Source of the DNA: an uncultured cyanobacterium
GTDB lineage: Bacteria; Cyanobacteriota; Cyanobacteriia; PCC-6307; Cyanobiaceae
Length of the DNA stretch: 64,000 nt
Direction: 5' to 3'
NCBI GenBank assembly: GCA_963697335.1
Contig: CAVONQ010000007.1
Span: forward strand, 96,001-160,000
A program made the position numbers and the translations under genes. Under the pieces are notes generated by a model that had not been told where the DNA came from, ran no database searches, and was given only the letters and a program-made list of their open reading frames with translations. This document shows positions 51,535 through 61,612 of the stretch, in pieces. The first letter of the stretch is position 1. Each line of letters opens with the position of its first letter.

Positions 51535-52920
51535 TTACTGACGCCGGGAGATACCGAGCACAAAGCTCGCCACACCCCAACCGACAAGCAACAGCCCCAC
51601 AAGGGAAAGCAAGCCCTTCCAACGCCAATCCAGAGACTGACCTGATGGGGTTTCGGGATTACTGAGCAGAACCAGGAACTTCAGCTGGCGTTGGCTCTCA
51701 AGACGGCTGTTATCAGCAGCCAGTTGGGCCGCCTTGACAGAGGCCTCAGCAAACTGAACCTCCGTGGTTAGGTTCCTCGACTCTACTAACTTCTGATTGA
51801 AATTCTTAGCTTCGGGGCCAACAAGCTTGGAGCGCTCAACATCAATTTGCTGCCGTAGCTCAGCAATCTGATCAGCAACAAAAGAGACTTCAGGTCCTTC
51901 CTGGTCAAGGAACTGGCGCTTCAAGCGTCCTTCTTCCACCTGAAGATCGATCAGCCTGGTTTCCATGGCGGCAATGAAGCGACTTGTGGCTTCAGCGGCA
52001 GCCTCAGGGTTGATCTCACCTTGGCGGTCATTGAAAGCGGCTAACGCCTGTTGCGCCTTGGCAAGGCGCTCACGGGCACCTTCGAGTTCCTGTTCAGCAA
52101 AAGCCTGCTGATTACGGCTGATGTTCTGGTTGGAATTATTGAGAAAGTTTTCCGCTTCATCGAGGAGCAAGCGGTTCAGCTTGAAGGCTGTTGTTGGGTT
52201 GAGGCCCGTCGTTGTCATCTGGATAACACCCGTTAAATCCTGGGGCACCACACTGACCTGACGGCGGAAGAAAGCTAGCTGCTGATCAAAGGCCGCATTC
52301 TTTGACAATCCTGCAAAAGGGTCAGCACCATTTTTGGCATAACTCTGTTCAGGCTTCAAACTGAGAAAGACCCTCTGCATGACCTCCGGTGATGTGAGGT
52401 AAACAGAGAGAAATCGGCCATCCTCAAGAGAACCCAACATGGTGGGGCCGGCAAGTACGGAACCGAGAAGCGAGGGTGTGACATTATTTGGAGCCTGGGG
52501 CAATCGTACGATAAAATCAGATGTGACTTGATAGCGATTGCGACCAATAACGCCAAAGTAGAGAACCCCTCCCGCCAAAATCAAGGCGGAAATGCGCTTC
52601 GGTCCAGGGATCAACCAACGTCGCTGCTCGGGGCTCAAACCCTTCCAGCGGCGGCCTCCATCCTGGACAGATTCAACGCCAGTACCAGACTGTTCGTGAA
52701 CGGGCGGCCGGCCCACATTGGGGAGCTCATCCTCGACAAGCCCAATCGCCCGGAGAACCCCAGACAAAGAATGGCTTACGCGACTGGCTAGACCTCCAGC
52801 CACCATGCCAATCTCCATGGCATGCGCCTCTGGCCGATCGCGCCTGTTCAGCCGACGCTCCCGCCTGGCGCGTGCTGGCCTAGGGAGGGATGCAGAGCTG
52901 GCGGAGCGATCAAAGTTCAT
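51535..52920 (-). CDS. kpsE: Capsule export polysaccharide co-polymerase KpsE-like
   Basis: TM...RYQVTSDFIVR, YLTSPEV, long coiled coil, ESQRQLKFL, C-terminal TM; next to kpsMT. Start uncertain. Confidence 0.85.
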   Translation of the reverse strand: MNFDRSASSASLPRPARARRERRLNRRDRPEAHAMEIGMVAGGLASRVSHSLSGVLRAIGLVEDELPNVGRPPVHEQSGTGVESVQDGGRRWKGLSPEQRRWLIPGPKRISALILAGGVLYFGVIGRNRYQVTSDFIVRLPQAPNNVTPSLLGSVLAGPTMLGSLEDGRFLSVYLTSPEVMQRVFLSLKPEQSYAKNGADPFAGLSKNAAFDQQLAFFRRQVSVVPQDLTGVIQMTTTGLNPTTAFKLNRLLLDEAENFLNNSNQNISRNQQAFAEQELEGARERLAKAQQALAAFNDRQGEINPEAAAEATSRFIAAMETRLIDLQVEEGRLKRQFLDQEGPEVSFVADQIAELRQQIDVERSKLVGPEAKNFNQKLVESRNLTTEVQFAEASVKAAQLAADNSRLESQRQLKFLVLLSNPETPSGQSLDWRWKGLLSLVGLLLVGWGVASFVLGISRRQ

Positions 52921-53070
52921 TGTAGTTACCCTAACACAGAAGAATCAGAGCTGGTCATGTTGCTCGGGAATGGATGCTCCGCTGGAGTGCAAGGCCGAGA
53001 AACACGGGGTTGAGAAAATCAGGGTGGTCAAGATCAAAAGACCCGGCGGAGAAGACTGAATGTGGGCAGA

Positions 53071-53871
53071 TCACATGGACTGCTCCTCATCAGCCAGCAA
53101 CAGGGTTTCATTATTTCCGTAGATAAAGAAACCAAGCCCTACCAAAAAGACCGTTGAGCCAATCAGATAGGAAGCAGAAACACCAGGTATCGGATAGTCG
53201 TGGTTGAACGAGTGTCGCAACAATTCAATTCCATGGGCCAACGGGTTCCACAGGATCCAGCCTCGAAAAATATTAGGGATTGTGCTGATTGAGAAGAAGA
53301 TGCAAGACGTGAATAACAACAGGCGACGCACAGCTGTCCTGGCGATGCTGGCCACAAACGGCAACCGATGCCCCACGATCAGGGTGACGAGGCCAACACC
53401 AAAAGCAAGCAGCGAAAGCATGATGAAGTAAAAAACAGCAAGCCCGGGCTCTTCTACAATTGGCTTCCATTCATAAAGGAATGACCCAAGCACAAAAGCA
53501 AGCAGAAGTAGCGAAAAGACTTGAGTATCAAGAACCGCAGAGCCCAGAAGGTAATCGATCGGACGTATTCTGCTGTAATAAGTTAGCTTTATGCTTTTCT
53601 TCACTCCTCCCAGGGCTTTCAGTGCTACTTCCGAGAACATGAAGAAGCCAACAAAGCCAATGGCCATCCACAACACTGGGTTGATGTAATCAGGCTGCAG
53701 GCTTGCCTGACTCCCAAAAAGGCGAAATGACATGAAGATAGCGATGAAGAAGAGCGGTTCTACAAACACACCCACAACACCCATCGGGCCCTTCGCTGAA
53801 CGCATTTGCAGCTCTCGCTTGGCAATAGCATTAACAATCCGCACCTGGAGCAGTAGCTTCTGAATAATCAT
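53071..53871 (-). CDS. kpsM: Capsule ABC transporter permease KpsM
   Basis: RELQMR, EP, IRPID, FTSCIFF, WNPLAHGIELLR; six-TM pattern. Confidence 0.92.
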   Translation of the reverse strand: MIIQKLLLQVRIVNAIAKRELQMRSAKGPMGVVGVFVEPLFFIAIFMSFRLFGSQASLQPDYINPVLWMAIGFVGFFMFSEVALKALGGVKKSIKLTYYSRIRPIDYLLGSAVLDTQVFSLLLLAFVLGSFLYEWKPIVEEPGLAVFYFIMLSLLAFGVGLVTLIVGHRLPFVASIARTAVRRLLLFTSCIFFSISTIPNIFRGWILWNPLAHGIELLRHSFNHDYPIPGVSASYLIGSTVFLVGLGFFIYGNNETLLLADEEQSM

Positions 53872-53874
53872 GAC

Positions 53875-54795
53875 TCAGCCTTCGCCCCACATAGAGGGCT
53901 GCACGTTCCGAGGCTGTCTTTGAGGCTGTGATGCACCAAAGACTGGCACCTCAAGCAGTTCATCCATCGTCCCCTGCAGATCTTCTTCAACATCTGAATG
54001 TTGCCTGAAGTGCCGGGACAAGGATCTTTCCTTACGGGCTGCCTTGATTTCTTTTGCCAATTGAGCGCAATCATCGAGCGATCCTCGGTTAATTATTGCC
54101 CCATCCTTAAGCACGATTCCTTCGTTGCAATAGTCCAGCGCAAAGCTTTGTGAATGAGAGGCCTCTGCGATCAAAGTTCGCCCCTCTAGGCGCCGATCAA
54201 CGAGGCGCTTAACCTGATTCATGAACGGAACGTCAACGCGACAATTCCATCCATCCCATCGCATCACGGGGTACACGTTAAACTGAAAGGCCAAGGACAA
54301 TGCCAGCTTGAGCCGGTCTTTCATGCCCGCCGTATACTTTTCAAGGGGCTCATCGAAAGAAGAGCCAAGATCACATAGCTTTCTAATGAAATCGACTTCT
54401 CGCTCATCATCTTCATAGACACCATAAATTGAAACGAGAAATTCAGTATTGGCTCGGCCCGTGAGTACAGGCATCAGGGGCATCCTGGAGCCGATCAACC
54501 AGGAAGCCGAACCACCCACCAGAAGTTCGCCGCTGTTGATCATTTCATGACCCGCCAGACAGCTCAAGAAGGCACGGCTGGTCTCCACAGAAGAAGAGAA
54601 CAGTGCAATTTTACTTCCAGCGTTGATGGTGAGGGAGAGATTGTCCAGCACCGTCAGCGTGCGGCTGCCCCCAAGCGACACCCGCTTGGTGACCTGGTCA
54701 AAGACCACAGTCCCCCGCTCAAGATCAGCAGGGTTTCTCGTTGGCAGGAGCCGCGTTGGCGTGAGGCGCGAGCTCGCCACGGTCCATCCAGGCAA
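53875..54795 (-). CDS. kpsT: KpsT-like ABC ATP-binding subunit with degenerate Walker A/B
   Basis: VLDNLSLTI, LTGRANTEF, LGSSFDEPLEKYTAGMKDRLKLALSLAFQF, ASH; directly upstream of kpsM. Start uncertain. Confidence 0.8.
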   Translation of the reverse strand: MPGWTVASSRLTPTRLLPTRNPADLERGTVVFDQVTKRVSLGGSRTLTVLDNLSLTINAGSKIALFSSSVETSRAFLSCLAGHEMINSGELLVGGSASWLIGSRMPLMPVLTGRANTEFLVSIYGVYEDDEREVDFIRKLCDLGSSFDEPLEKYTAGMKDRLKLALSLAFQFNVYPVMRWDGWNCRVDVPFMNQVKRLVDRRLEGRTLIAEASHSQSFALDYCNEGIVLKDGAIINRGSLDDCAQLAKEIKAARKERSLSRHFRQHSDVEEDLQGTMDELLEVPVFGASQPQRQPRNVQPSMWGEG

Positions 54796-55336
54796 TGGCG
54801 CTCAATGGTAGCCGCCGCTGGCAGCGAGATTCAAGCCTTGACAAGCAGGCCAGCAGAGCCTGCCGGCCCAGCAGCACGAACAACGGCCTGGGCAGCCAGC
54901 CCGTCAGCGGCCCTGGTTGCAGCTCAAGGGCCGCGGTGGCGAAGGCCAGCAGCATTGCATTCTCGGCCCGCAGGCAGGCCTCCAGTTGGAGGCTCACCCC
55001 CTGCCCGCTGCCAGAGGCAGGAAGCCCTTGAAGGTGACAGTCAACAAGCTGGATCTGCAAGCTGTCACCACTCCAGGTGGCGTGAAACCAGAACTGGGGC
55101 TGCAGCTGCCAGGGGCCAACCGCAATGGCCCGCGAACGGTATTGAAAACGCCCTGGTGAGACTCGCCGCAGTCGCTGTCGGCTGAGCAGGGCCGCCAGCA
55201 CCCTGCCTGGATGGCTCAGGTAGGACCGCAGGAGATCGTCATCTCCCGGAGCGCTGTGCTGGCCCAGGGGTGTCGCGCCGCTGACCTCGACGGAGCATTG
55301 CCGCGACTCGCTCAGCCTGAGCAGCTCACGAGTCAT
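54725..55336 (-). CDS. DUF1997-like protein
   Basis: ATGA-coupled to the helicase; YL..P.RVL..LL and G..AL...L.RL..R patterns recalled from cyanobacterial DUF1997. Confidence 0.6.
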   Translation of the reverse strand: MTRELLRLSESRQCSVEVSGATPLGQHSAPGDDDLLRSYLSHPGRVLAALLSRQRLRRVSPGRFQYRSRAIAVGPWQLQPQFWFHATWSGDSLQIQLVDCHLQGLPASGSGQGVSLQLEACLRAENAMLLAFATAALELQPGPLTGWLPRPLFVLLGRQALLACLSRLESRCQRRLPLSAIAWMDRGELAPHANAAPANEKPC

Positions 55337-58053
55337 GGACGGGAGGGGAGAAGGTCCTCAAGCTCACAGACCGGGAAGCGATTGATGGCCTTCAAGGCGG
55401 TCCGGGAGTTATCCCGCAACTGCTGGCTCACGGCCACCCCATAGGGAATCTGGGCCAACAGATCAACGGTGCGGCGCAGAACCCGCACCACATCACCCTC
55501 ATCCAGTGAGGTGTTGGCCATCAGATCGGCCCAGGAGGTTCCAGACGCCCAGGCATGCACCAGACCAGTGAGCTCCGGCTCCCACCAGATCGGAACCACA
55601 ACCCGGGCCTGCTCCTGTTGACGGCCAAGCTCGCGCCGCAGACCACGCAGGCTGTGGAGCGCCTCCTCCACGGCCGGCGGTGGGGCCCAGGAGCACCACA
55701 GGTCAGGACGGTTGACCTCCGTGGAGATGGCCTCGAGGGCGGCGGCCAGTTCTGCCGGCTTGAGTTCGTCGCAGTGGCCACTCATCAGGGCCAGGCCCAG
55801 CCAGAGTTCATTGTCGCCGCGCAGAGCAGCCACGGTGAGTCCCACCTCGGTGGGCTGCAGGCCATCGGTGCCGGCCAGTGCACCGAAGAAGCGAAGAATC
55901 TCGATGAGCGCCAGGAACGTATCCCAATGGCGGTTGGAACGGAAGTGGAGCAACCTCTGACGCTCCACGATTTCCTCGTTCAGTTCTTCCATGCGACGGC
56001 GATGGCGCTTGAGCTGCTTGCGATCGCCCCAGCGGTGGGCCCCATGGGCGGCCAGGGAGCTCTCCAGGGAATCAACGAGCTCAGCCTGGCTGCGCACCTC
56101 GGCGGCCAGGTCGTAGTGGGGTGTGGTCATGTCATGCCGACGGGCCATCGAGCCCACGGCCAGGGCCAGACCACCGCTGAGCTGATCGCCATGGCGAATC
56201 TCACCGGCATGGGCGAGCTGAGGGGCTTCAAGGTCGCTCACCTGGAGACAGCTCAGTTCGGCATGCAGGCAGACAACGGCGCTGCAGGGCACCAGGATCC
56301 AGACGTTGTCATCCGTCAAGCAGAGCAACAGGGGGAACTGGCCCGGCCCCGGCGCTTTGCGCACAATCACAGCCGGGGTGACACGGCCTCGAAGCGGTGG
56401 TGCCTTCAGACTGACCAGGGTGCCCTCGCTGGCGAACTGCAGCGCTGCCGTGAGTTCATGGACCAGCGTCTCTTCAGCCTGGCGTTGCAAGGTGCGCAGC
56501 AGACGCCGTTCTTCCCTGAGCCTGCCCCGCTGCTTCTCGTAGTCCTCAAAAGCTTCCCAGGGCACATCGTCGGCGTTGACTTCCAGGGCACTGAGCTGCA
56601 ACGTGAGCTCGTTGATGCGGGCCTCATCCTCCACCAGATCAAGCGTGGCGAGATAGCGGCCGAAACTACGTTCCACCAATTCCTTGGCCTTGGCCAGGTC
56701 ATAGCGCTGCAACAGGTTCAGGACCATGCCGTAGCTGGGGGTGAATTGGCTGACCAGGGGATCGGCGGGTGCGGTGGCCAGCTGACCCGCCTCGCGAACG
56801 CCCTCATAGCGGCTCTGTACCGTCACGACATAGCCCTGGGTGTCCAGGCCGCGACGCCCGGCCCGCCCCGCCATCTGAAGGAACTCACTGCCTGTGAGTG
56901 AACGATGGCCTCGCTCTGTACGCTTGGAAAGTGCAGACACCACCGTGGTTCGTGCTGGCATGTTGATGCCCGCCGCCAAGGTTTCCGTGGCAAAGACCAC
57001 CTTGATCAAGCCCTGCTGAAACAGAGCCTCAATCAATTCTTTCCAGGCTGGAAGCACTCCGGCATGGTGCGAAGCGATGCCCCGCAAGAGCGGCTCGGCA
57101 TAGCCCTCACGAACAGCTTCGGGGCTGGATGCAGAGAATGAATCCAGTTGCTGCTGAATGCACAGGCGCTCATCGGCTGAAACAAGAGTCAGCTTGGCCA
57201 GATCGCGTACACCCTTGTCGCAGCCTCGTCGACTGAAAATAAAGTAGATGGCAGGCAGCATGTCCCGCTCGGCCAATTTCTGCACCACAAAAGCCATCGG
57301 TGCAGGCTCCGGCTGCGGCGGTCTGGCGGCACCAGGGCCCTTGCGCCGCGCCCCCTTTGGCGCGCGCCAGACCTTGCTGTTCGGGTGCAGATCCGTACCG
57401 GCATCATTGAGCAACGGATGGAGGCCCTTGGCGCTGCAGAAGCTGAAGCTCAACGGCACAGGGCGATGCGTACTGACCACCAGCTGGGTGGGACCGTGCA
57501 CGCGGCAGAGCCAGTCGGTGAGTTGATCAGCATTGGCCACGGTGGCTGACAAGGCCACAAGCTGAATGGGGGGAGGGCAGTGAATGATGGACTCCTCCCA
57601 GACCGTTCCTCGCTGAGTGTCATTCATATAATGACACTCATCCAGGACAACTGCTTCCACGTTAAGGAGTGGATCATCATTAGGATTATCGATTTCAGCA
57701 TAAAGCATGTTGCGGAAAATCTCGGTTGTCATCACAACAACCGGCGCATCCCGATTGAGGCTGAGATCACCGGTGAGCAGGCCAACCTGATCATCCCCAA
57801 ACTGGAGTTTGAAATCCCTTAGCTTTTGGTTTGAAAGGGCCTTCAAGGGAGTGGTATAGAACACTCGATGTCCGTGGGAGAGTGCCCGGTGAATGGCATA
57901 TTCTCCAATCAGTGTTTTACCGCTTCCAGTGGGCGCACTGACAACAACAGAAAGCCCATTATTTAAGGCTTCAACTGCGGCCACCTGGAAATCATCCAGA
58001 ACAAGACCATCGCTGAATGCGCCCAAAGGTCCTGCGTTCAAGGCAAACCGCAA
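55333..58053 (-). CDS. helY: Ski2-like DEAD/DEAH helicase HelY
   Basis: APTGSGKT, PLKALSNQK, DECH, LSAT, ETLAAGINMPAR, QMAGRAGRRG, C-terminal DEGD.VR..RR..DLL. Confidence 0.93.
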   Translation of the reverse strand: MRFALNAGPLGAFSDGLVLDDFQVAAVEALNNGLSVVVSAPTGSGKTLIGEYAIHRALSHGHRVFYTTPLKALSNQKLRDFKLQFGDDQVGLLTGDLSLNRDAPVVVMTTEIFRNMLYAEIDNPNDDPLLNVEAVVLDECHYMNDTQRGTVWEESIIHCPPPIQLVALSATVANADQLTDWLCRVHGPTQLVVSTHRPVPLSFSFCSAKGLHPLLNDAGTDLHPNSKVWRAPKGARRKGPGAARPPQPEPAPMAFVVQKLAERDMLPAIYFIFSRRGCDKGVRDLAKLTLVSADERLCIQQQLDSFSASSPEAVREGYAEPLLRGIASHHAGVLPAWKELIEALFQQGLIKVVFATETLAAGINMPARTTVVSALSKRTERGHRSLTGSEFLQMAGRAGRRGLDTQGYVVTVQSRYEGVREAGQLATAPADPLVSQFTPSYGMVLNLLQRYDLAKAKELVERSFGRYLATLDLVEDEARINELTLQLSALEVNADDVPWEAFEDYEKQRGRLREERRLLRTLQRQAEETLVHELTAALQFASEGTLVSLKAPPLRGRVTPAVIVRKAPGPGQFPLLLCLTDDNVWILVPCSAVVCLHAELSCLQVSDLEAPQLAHAGEIRHGDQLSGGLALAVGSMARRHDMTTPHYDLAAEVRSQAELVDSLESSLAAHGAHRWGDRKQLKRHRRRMEELNEEIVERQRLLHFRSNRHWDTFLALIEILRFFGALAGTDGLQPTEVGLTVAALRGDNELWLGLALMSGHCDELKPAELAAALEAISTEVNRPDLWCSWAPPPAVEEALHSLRGLRRELGRQQEQARVVVPIWWEPELTGLVHAWASGTSWADLMANTSLDEGDVVRVLRRTVDLLAQIPYGVAVSQQLRDNSRTALKAINRFPVCELEDLLPSRP

Positions 58054-58116
58054 TCAATGCTCATCTATCCTAACCGATTCGTTGCCTGGGCCCATGGGGG
58101 TGCAAAGAAGTCCACA

Positions 58117-59247
58117 TCAATCCACCCAAGCCACAGCTTGGTGGCCATCAACCTGGCTAGCAAAATAGTAGATTGTTCGCTCGATTGCGTGGCCAATATA
58201 GCGTCCGCAAAATCTTGTACCGCCAGGAGACATCTGCCCGTAGTCCACTTCTCCCAGCCTGGAGAAGTATCTACAGGCAAAATCTGCATCCATCGCGAAC
58301 ATTGATCCCATGCAGAAGAAGTCGCCCTGGGCAGCATCTACAGACAAGCCAAGACGCTCAAGGCAGTCATGAATCATGTTCCTATTGACTCCAAAACCCG
58401 TTTGCTTGCAAAGAGAACTAGCGACAACCGAACAATTGCCAGTAGAAAGCAGCTCAGCGGTATCAAAAACTTTTGAATAGGAGCCGCAGATAGGCTGAAG
58501 GGCTTCATCTGTCCAGGCAACACCACCATCGAGGCCAAGGTTGGTCGATTTCTTGGTTTGAATCTTATAGATCACACCAGTCTTCAAGAGCAGGCCTTGC
58601 TGGAATGCCAAATGGAATGACGACCAGTCTTCCCCATAATTAGTCATTCGATACCATTCATGCTCAGAGCAACCCGTAGAGAGTGACTTCAGGAAGTCAT
58701 CCATCACTGAATCTTGGATTTGATCATTCACAACCAAGACAAGTATCTTCGCCCCAAGACGAGCCAGGGTTCGCAGATAGAGATGCAAACCGCAAAGAAT
58801 ATCGTAATAGTAACAGTGAACGACAACTTGAATGGCGACATCAGGGCCGATCCGATTTAGCTTTGATTGCGCTGCAAAGCGTCTATCCAGCAAGGTCGCA
58901 GACTTTGAGGTTTGCCTTGGCTCATACATCCCATTTTCCAGATAATGCTTGACAACATCTAGAGGACCCATGGAGTGCAGATCTTCGTTCAGATCTCGAT
59001 AGTCTCTCCAGTTAAAAAATGCAGCAATCTTTTTTGCATCCCTTGCAAATTTGGAGCCTGAAAGCCTGGCCTCAAGAAATGCTGAGGCTGATGGGAAGAC
59101 ATTTTGATCACCAAGGCGCGATCGAAAGTGCTGATAGGCAGCTTCAGCATCCAGCGACTGTACATCTTTTGAGCACGTCGAAAGATAAAACTGAGCATCA
59201 AAGTCAGATGGCAGCCATGGGCGGGCATGGCCTGAGTTAGATCTCAT
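58117..59247 (-). CDS. Rhamnan synthesis F (RgpF)-like glycosyltransferase
   Basis: VVHCYYYD, NYGED, KIQTKKS, GSMF, HAIER; N-terminal FD..FYL and FN...Y..LN.DL..HY...G..E repeats; low GC. Confidence 0.75.
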   Translation of the reverse strand: MRSNSGHARPWLPSDFDAQFYLSTCSKDVQSLDAEAAYQHFRSRLGDQNVFPSASAFLEARLSGSKFARDAKKIAAFFNWRDYRDLNEDLHSMGPLDVVKHYLENGMYEPRQTSKSATLLDRRFAAQSKLNRIGPDVAIQVVVHCYYYDILCGLHLYLRTLARLGAKILVLVVNDQIQDSVMDDFLKSLSTGCSEHEWYRMTNYGEDWSSFHLAFQQGLLLKTGVIYKIQTKKSTNLGLDGGVAWTDEALQPICGSYSKVFDTAELLSTGNCSVVASSLCKQTGFGVNRNMIHDCLERLGLSVDAAQGDFFCMGSMFAMDADFACRYFSRLGEVDYGQMSPGGTRFCGRYIGHAIERTIYYFASQVDGHQAVAWVD

Positions 59248-59254
59248 GCTCCAC

Positions 59255-60388
59255 TCATTGCTTACTAGCTTTTACGGATGGTGCATGAATCATCTCTGGA
59301 AGTTGATTTAAGTCTGACCATTCGGGAATCTCTAGGGCCAGTAAACTGAGCAGCGGCATCAGCAATGCACACACTGAAGGAGCGTGGATAGAGCGCGTTT
59401 CGCTTAGCTCTAAAACCTCACGCTTGAGAAAAAGGAAACCTCGCGACATCAGCAAAGCCCAGCAGGCCTGCGACGGGTTGTATTGCAGACCTGCCTTGGG
59501 GATCCACTCAGACGAAAAGTCATTAATCAATAATTTAATATTATTTGCACAGACTAATCCGTCGTCACCTTCGAGAAGACGTGCCATTTTACGTGAAAGC
59601 AACTTCATCTCTTCAAACGCAGCCACATCAGGAAGGCCATGATTAAATAGCAAGGATCTGATCAGAAAGCCTTGGGAAATGGCAAATTTCGTCAGCTTCA
59701 GTTCTCCATTTTTGATTGCATAGGTGCGCGACGTTTCTTTCGTTGAGCTCAGGCCACGAAGATAGTCACCAAGAAACCTGCCAAAGGTTTTCGCCTCAAA
59801 CATGCGTTGTGACATGCTGAAGAAGAATGTCTGAATATGAAACGTGCGATCCTCATAGGAGCTTGTGATTCCAACCAGATCAGCCTCATCGGGAGGATCT
59901 ACCAAAGTGTCAAGGAAAGGGTCGCCATGGAAACCATGACTGGCGACGTTTAGCATGCTACTATTAATCACAACATAACGCTTAGAGCCAAATAGTCCGT
60001 GCTCCATTAAAACTTTTCGGGCCGTCGCAATTGAACCGAAGTCATAACCACTATTATCTCTCTGAATGACTGTTAGGGCCATCGAAGCAAGCTTTTCAGA
60101 CCAAAAGTCCGATAGCTTTGTCGACACCAATACCACTCGATAGCCGCATTCGATGGCGGAGGAAATAACTTTCAGATATCCCCCAGAAATCAATCCTCTG
60201 TGATGATAGTGAATAAACAGCACCGTGACCGTTGACAAGGATGCGGCACACTTGTCAAGGCCAATAACCTTGGATTCAGCAACCTGTTCGCCTTGCCGAA
60301 AACCCTTGCTACCGCTACGACCCCGAAAACCCAAGCGTAGCGCCAGTCCCTTGTAGAGCTTATGAATTACATTGAACGGTCTACGCAT
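59255..60388 (-). CDS. Rhamnan synthesis F (RgpF)-like protein
   Basis: LFIHY, RDNSGYDFGS, INSS, GIT, HIQTFF, GELKLT...GF, FLFLKR; low GC. Confidence 0.78.
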   Translation of the reverse strand: MRRPFNVIHKLYKGLALRLGFRGRSGSKGFRQGEQVAESKVIGLDKCAASLSTVTVLFIHYHHRGLISGGYLKVISSAIECGYRVVLVSTKLSDFWSEKLASMALTVIQRDNSGYDFGSIATARKVLMEHGLFGSKRYVVINSSMLNVASHGFHGDPFLDTLVDPPDEADLVGITSSYEDRTFHIQTFFFSMSQRMFEAKTFGRFLGDYLRGLSSTKETSRTYAIKNGELKLTKFAISQGFLIRSLLFNHGLPDVAAFEEMKLLSRKMARLLEGDDGLVCANNIKLLINDFSSEWIPKAGLQYNPSQACWALLMSRGFLFLKREVLELSETRSIHAPSVCALLMPLLSLLALEIPEWSDLNQLPEMIHAPSVKASKQ

Positions 60389-60634
60389 TGAGCCTAGGAG
60401 GAAGGTCTGGGATAGGCACAGGCTTGGCCTAAGTGGTCTTTGGCCACACAAATTTTACCACTCATCCAGCCAGGGAGCACTTGCATCGACTTTGCCAGGG
60501 TCACGACATCGTCCACGTGATTAGCATTGTCCTGCTTGCCATCCCGTTGGCTGTCAATCAGTTGCACCAAAGGGATCAACTTGCGACAAGGCATTGGAAT
60601 GCCTTCCTTGATCTGCGCTGCCCTGGGCTGATCA

Positions 60635-61570
60635 TCAATCGGCACAACTGCCTGTCCTGCATCGCGTCTTGCGCCAGATCACTGCAAGCACACTGCCAAG
60701 CACGGCATGGACCACAGCTGAAATCGCACCGGGCAGGGCCGTGAGCGGTGAGATGGCGAAGCCGGAGCGAGCCAGCACAACAGCTAATCCAGAGTTCTGC
60801 ATCCCCACTTCGAGGCTGACCGTGCGCCTCACCCCTTGCGGCTGCCGCAGCAACGTCGGAATCAACCAGCCCAGCAGGAAACCGCCGGCATGGAGCAGGA
60901 GCGTGGCCAGCAGCAGAAGGCGTCCCTGTTCCAGCAGTGCCTCGCGCTGGCTGCCCACGATACTGGCCACGATCAGCACGATCGCCAGCACCGCCAGGGG
61001 CGGCATGACCGGGGCGATCCGCCTGGCCAGCTGGGGCCTCAACCGCTTGAGCAGCAGGCCCAGGCCCACCGGTAGCAGCACCACCTGCAGCACATCGAGC
61101 AACAACCTCCAACCGTCCACCGGCACGTAGCGACCGGCCAATCCGCTGGTGAGCAGCGGCGTGAGCACCACGGCCAGCAGGGTGCTGACGGTGGTCATCA
61201 CCACCGAGAGGGCCACGTCGGCCCGAGCGATCAGGGCCACCACATTGCTGGCGGTGCCGCCAGGGCAGCAACCCACCAGGATCAATCCCACCGCGAGGGC
61301 GGGCTGGAGCTGCAACCACCAGGCCACCAGGGCGGCCAGCAGGGGCATCACCAGGAACTGGGCCGCCACGCCGATCAGGGCCGGCAGTGGCCGGAGCAGC
61401 ACCCGTCGGAAATCGGCGGGCTGCAGATCCAGGCCCATGCCCAGCATGATCAGGGCCAGGGCTGCCACGATCCAGCCACCCTGCAGCCAGGTAAACAGCC
61501 CTGGGAGCGGGACGGCCAACAGCACCGCCAGCAGGGTCCAGACGGGAAACAGGACGGTGAAACGCTCCAG
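60635..61570 (-). CDS. Bile acid:sodium symporter (BASS) family transporter
   Basis: IMLGMG, AQFLVMP, GCCPGGTASNV, ADVALSV, EVGMQNSGLA. No ATG/GTG/TTG at the expected N-terminus, so the start is placed at the CTG of LERFT. Confidence 0.9.
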   Translation of the reverse strand: MERFTVLFPVWTLLAVLLAVPLPGLFTWLQGGWIVAALALIMLGMGLDLQPADFRRVLLRPLPALIGVAAQFLVMPLLAALVAWWLQLQPALAVGLILVGCCPGGTASNVVALIARADVALSVVMTTVSTLLAVVLTPLLTSGLAGRYVPVDGWRLLLDVLQVVLLPVGLGLLLKRLRPQLARRIAPVMPPLAVLAIVLIVASIVGSQREALLEQGRLLLLATLLLHAGGFLLGWLIPTLLRQPQGVRRTVSLEVGMQNSGLAVVLARSGFAISPLTALPGAISAVVHAVLGSVLAVIWRKTRCRTGSCAD

Positions 61571-61612
61571 AGGAAGGCCGGAACAGTGATGTCGGAACCT
61601 TAATCTGCAGAA

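Larger units (their letters stand above)
11262..54795. other. Kps-type capsular polysaccharide genomic island (~44 kb)
   Basis: Export and priming genes sit at both ends (SLBB, kpsS, kpsC left; kpsE, kpsM, kpsT right) around sugar-synthesis, GT and sulfotransferase genes. GC is visibly patchy. Bounded by purB and DUF1997-helY. Confidence 0.9.

Noticed and set aside
60394..60645. 83 aa ORF between the BASS gene and the RgpF-like genes
   Set aside because: No recognisable motif or clear codon bias; cannot be supported.
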